DNA of 64,000 nt from the human T2T-CHM13v2.0 reference genome, Homo sapiens: NCBI RefSeq assembly GCF_009914755.1, contig NC_060932.1, one strand, 5' to 3'. Under the pieces are notes generated by a model. The model was not told the origin of the DNA, made no database searches, and saw only the letters and a program-made list of their open reading frames with translations. The translations under genes were made by a program, and so were the position numbers. Below, piece after piece: positions 60,403-64,000 of the stretch (position 1 is the stretch's first letter; each line of letters opens with the position of its first letter).

Positions 60403-62199
60403 TGGCAACCAGGGCTCCTTTTTTAGCCTCCACCCCCAGCTCCTCCCTGGAACCCTCTCTCCCGCCTTCTGGATTCTACACCAAAGTCAAATTCTCCCAA
60501 CTCCTGGGAAGAGCGGCCTCTTTCCTGGCTTCAAGTCTGGCTTCTAGCGGTCACAGGCCTGAGGCTCAGCTCCTACCCCAAAGTAGGTTTATCCACACAG
60601 CTGCCTAAAAAAGGTAGTGACAAATAACATTTCTCTCATTATTGCACAAGTTTTCCACAAGCCCGTCCTGACCATATCTTGGATGGATTCTTCAGTCCAC
60701 TTGGGCTTTTATTCTTGCTAGTCACCATCCGGCCTATTCTGTGCTCCACTGAAATACATCTGTTATCCTGTTATGGACAGGAGCTCTTGTGTTTTTCCCA
60801 AGACAATAATTAGGTCATTCAATGGTGAAATTCCTGCTAAGAGCGGTGGCCCAATGACAGTCCTGGCGAGTCAATCTGCTCGTATCTGCCCGTGCCATCT
60901 CTGTGCCAGCCTCCCCACTCCTTCCCTCCACTTCCCCTGTACTTGCACTTCTTCCTGCACTAGGTCAAAATTTTGAATTTTGTTTTTTTTTCAATGTCTC
61001 TTTAAGTCTGCCTTGATCCAGGAATTCTCTTGTGCTTTGTTCATATGGCTAGCAGCAAACCTCCCTATATTTAACTGAATATATGTCATTTAAAAAGCAT
61101 CACTGAGTATAATTATCATGGTGCCTCTCCCTTTTTCTTTCTGCTGACATCTGTTTCAAATCTTCATCACTCCTAACTATAGATTTCTCTTTAAGATATT
61201 GCTTCAATGTGGCTTTCCTATTCTCGGAACAAATAGAATGGAACTCACTGCATTCTTTTCCAGCTCTTTTGGGTGATGTAGGACAAGGCTGCAGGAACTC
61301 AGCTTTTCCAGAAGTAGAGCATGGAGCCATATTAGCTGGAGGGTTGCTGAATGGTTCCAGGTTCAAACATCAGCATAGCAAAGTCATTATGAGCACAAAC
61401 TCCTGTGACTTACTCAGCTGTGTGACTCAGGGCAAGCAACATAATATTGCTGTAGCTTGGTTCATTCTTTTTTACAGTGGTAGATACAATAAAGTAATAC
61501 GCATCTCACAGGGTCGAGTGGGTGCTAAAAGAGTTAGTAGATATCAGGCACTCCAGAGGTTGCTTTATACAGCAGGCACTCAACCTTTGTTTATTACTAT
61601 CATGTTGCTCCACCAGAGAGTCACAGATTTCATCTCTGGGGTCACTTGATCCCTTTGCTGTCTGCAACTTTTGTAGCTTGGGAGGAGCTTCCTTGACAAG
61701 ATAAGGAATTTATTTATTCCTCCAGCCAGTGGGATTTCCGACTGTCCGGGGAGGTGGTTTGGAACTAAGACTTAACATGAAGAGAAAATACTGATATATT
61801 CCATGGAGACGATCTATTTTCCATTTCAACTTGGAAGACTAACACTTGACTGTCTCACCAGTGGAGGCAGCAAGAGGGTGCATAATACAAAGTTTCTGTA
61901 AGCCTTGTAATCTCTGACCACTTGGTACAATGAGAAGGACTGTAATATATTGGATGCTACCAGTTTTTACTTTATGGGGAAAGTTTTTCTTCTATTTTTA
62001 CAGAATAGTCATGACTTTTACACTTTGCACCTTCAGAAATCTCTAAGTCAGAAAATAAGCATTCTCTGCATCCTGTTCTTTTCTTGACTTTACACTATTA
62101 CTGAATTTTCATTTCAATAGTTTAATAGTAGCAGCTAACATTGACCCTTTATCATGTGCCAGGGACTAAGTGTTACACAGTTAAGTTCTCATTTAATGT

Positions 62200-62586
62200 C
62201 CTAGATAGTTTCTTGGAAACTTTGGCTATAAGCAACATGACATATAATGAAACCAATTTTCCCACAGGCTAATTGATATAAACAAGAGTTAAGTTTCTAT
62301 AACATCACGAAGACCTCACCAATCTTCAAAATAAAGACCCCCTAAACACTTCTAATACTAAAGCTAAAATAAATGTGAGCTATACATACATTTAAGAAAC
62401 GTTAATAAAAACAAGGAAGATAATTACCCAATTATTGCAGTTCAGGGTCACGGGTGGCCAGAGCCTATTCTGACAGCTCAGAGTGCAAAGAGGGACCTAA
62501 CCCTGGCCAGGAGGCCATCCTATTGCAGGGCCCAGTCATATAACAAAACCACGTTGAACAAATGGCACTGTTCCAAGACCTGCTGC
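62200..62586. mobile_element. MER6-like TcMar-Tigger DNA transposon remnant
   Basis: cacaggctaattgatataaacaagagttaag...cagggtcacgggtggccagagcc...gacctgctg. Confidence 0.7.
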
Positions 62587-63039
62587 ATATTGAATTTCTC
62601 ATTCAACCCTCCCAATGAGCCTGAAGGAGGCCATATAGCATAGCAATTCACTGTGACATCTCCAGAGTTTACCAGGGGCCAAGTCATGGCTTGCCCACTT
62701 ACTTGTCTCCTGATGGGAAATTTATTTAGCCTCTATGTTTCTCTGTTTTTGTTTCCTCATCTAGCAAAAGGGCTTGAGTGTATTTTTTCATTGGGCTATT
62801 GTAAAGGATTAAATAAAATATTGCAAACAGTGTTTGAAACTGTCAATACATATGTTATGATGAAAACAGTGTCAGAAATAGGTCAACAAATACATGACAT
62901 AATTAGGCAGATGAAAGAACTGAGACTAAGTATAGGTGATTCAGTGGCTCCAGGCACACAGCTAGTAAACTAAGGAGCTGGGATTTGAAAACGGCTGTAC
63001 ACCGCCAAAGCCCATACTTGTGACCTCTATATCATTGTA

Positions 63040-64000
63040 TGTTATGAAAACCAAAACTAATGAAGTTTTCATTCATGTGCTAAATAATACTGTGATCAGG
63101 CAAAAACAACGTAGCTACTTACTCCTGGAAATAAGGCTCCTGAAAGACAAGACAGTGAACCGATTCAAACTCCTTATTCATCAATAGCCTTTAAGGACCC
63201 TCTCCTCACTACAGCTACCCATTCAAAAATATTATGACATACATTTCCCAATCCCAACTAGAGTCTTGCTTTGCAGAAAATCATCCAACTCAGAGTTGCC
63301 CTCCAAATGCTATTAATATTCTCCCCTGACTTCTCCCTTCTGATTCACTACTAAAGCTGTCAAAGAAGTCTTTTCCCTTACTGCAGCAAGCCTAACCAAC
63401 TTAGCTTTGTTTGAGCAGCAGATTTTTCTGGTGATATTTTGGGAAGTCAGTACTCAACAATACTTAAACTACCACTGAGATTCACTAAATTCCCCCTTGC
63501 TGCTGAGGCTCAAGACTCCTCACTCAGGAGAGGGTGCTACCTTGGGGCCTCTGAGCCTTCCACTCAGAAATCTCTCCAACCGTAAGATAGGTGGGGCCCT
63601 GATTATGTCTGATCTCCTGATTTCTTATTTGCTCTTGCTTGAGTTGATTTTCAAATAAATTCATTTTTTCTCCTAGGAATGAGGAATCATTTTAAGTATC
63701 CTTCCTTTAGATAATTAAATTTGAAAATTATTATTCATGGTGAAAACCTGCCTAAATACCAACACTTCCTCCCTGTTTCCTGCTGTCCACACTCCTCCCT
63801 TTCTCCTGTGAGTCTGCAGGAGGAAGTCTAGAGAGAGGGACCACACGGGCTCTCGAAGTCCGTCTTTCAGACCACTCCAAGACTGACGAGTTCAGTCTCA
63901 TGAGACTGATAATTTTTTGACAAACTTTGGCTTGGGATACTGTTCAAAAACTTGTAAGAAATTTCCATTGTCTTGTCTTTGCATCCCTGAGAAATATTTT
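63040..64000 (+). mobile_element. Probable ERV LTR followed by internal leader sequence (family unassigned)
   Basis: LTR-like text ending ~63450, then ERV-int-like leader (ctcagaccactccaagactgacgagttcagtctc; ctttggcttgggatac). Confidence 0.45.

Noticed and set aside
61209-61649. 146-aa ORF
   Set aside because: GTG start, partly overlaps MIR-like sequence, no recognisable domain or splice context.

Overview
Human (primate) genomic DNA, not prokaryotic. The window holds the 5' end of ASPH (aspartate beta-hydroxylase/junctate locus, 8q12) on the minus strand. Coding exon 1 is at 14102->14000 (MAQRKNAKSSGNSSSSGSGSGSTSAGSSSPGARR + G|GTCAGA donor), with its CpG-island promoter (~13720-14700) and the first ~14 kb of intron 1 (1-13999). 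The MIR4470 hairpin lies divergently in the promoter (14519-14590). The remaining ~49 kb is repeat-rich upstream DNA (Alu, old L1, L2/MIR, MaLR/ERV LTRs, DNA transposons). Nearly all ORFs in the supplied track are repeat-derived noise, and I find no convincing new gene system. The most unusual signals are: (1) a full-length young SVA whose canonical (CCCTCT)n head is entirely replaced by (CCCTAT)n, with a short 3'-transduction tag in its tail; (2) a cluster of locally templated insertions and duplications at 56.9-60.0 kb, plus a smaller one at 35.7 kb; (3) a 38-bp minisatellite packing five ARE (NRF2/sMAF) cores; (4) a THE1 element lacking one LTR yet keeping its 5-bp TSD, with a DUX4-type motif 1.8 kb upstream of ASPH; (5) a consensus-perfect AluYa5 in intron 1. 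Repeat subfamily names are from recall of consensus sequences, and old-repeat boundaries are approximate.
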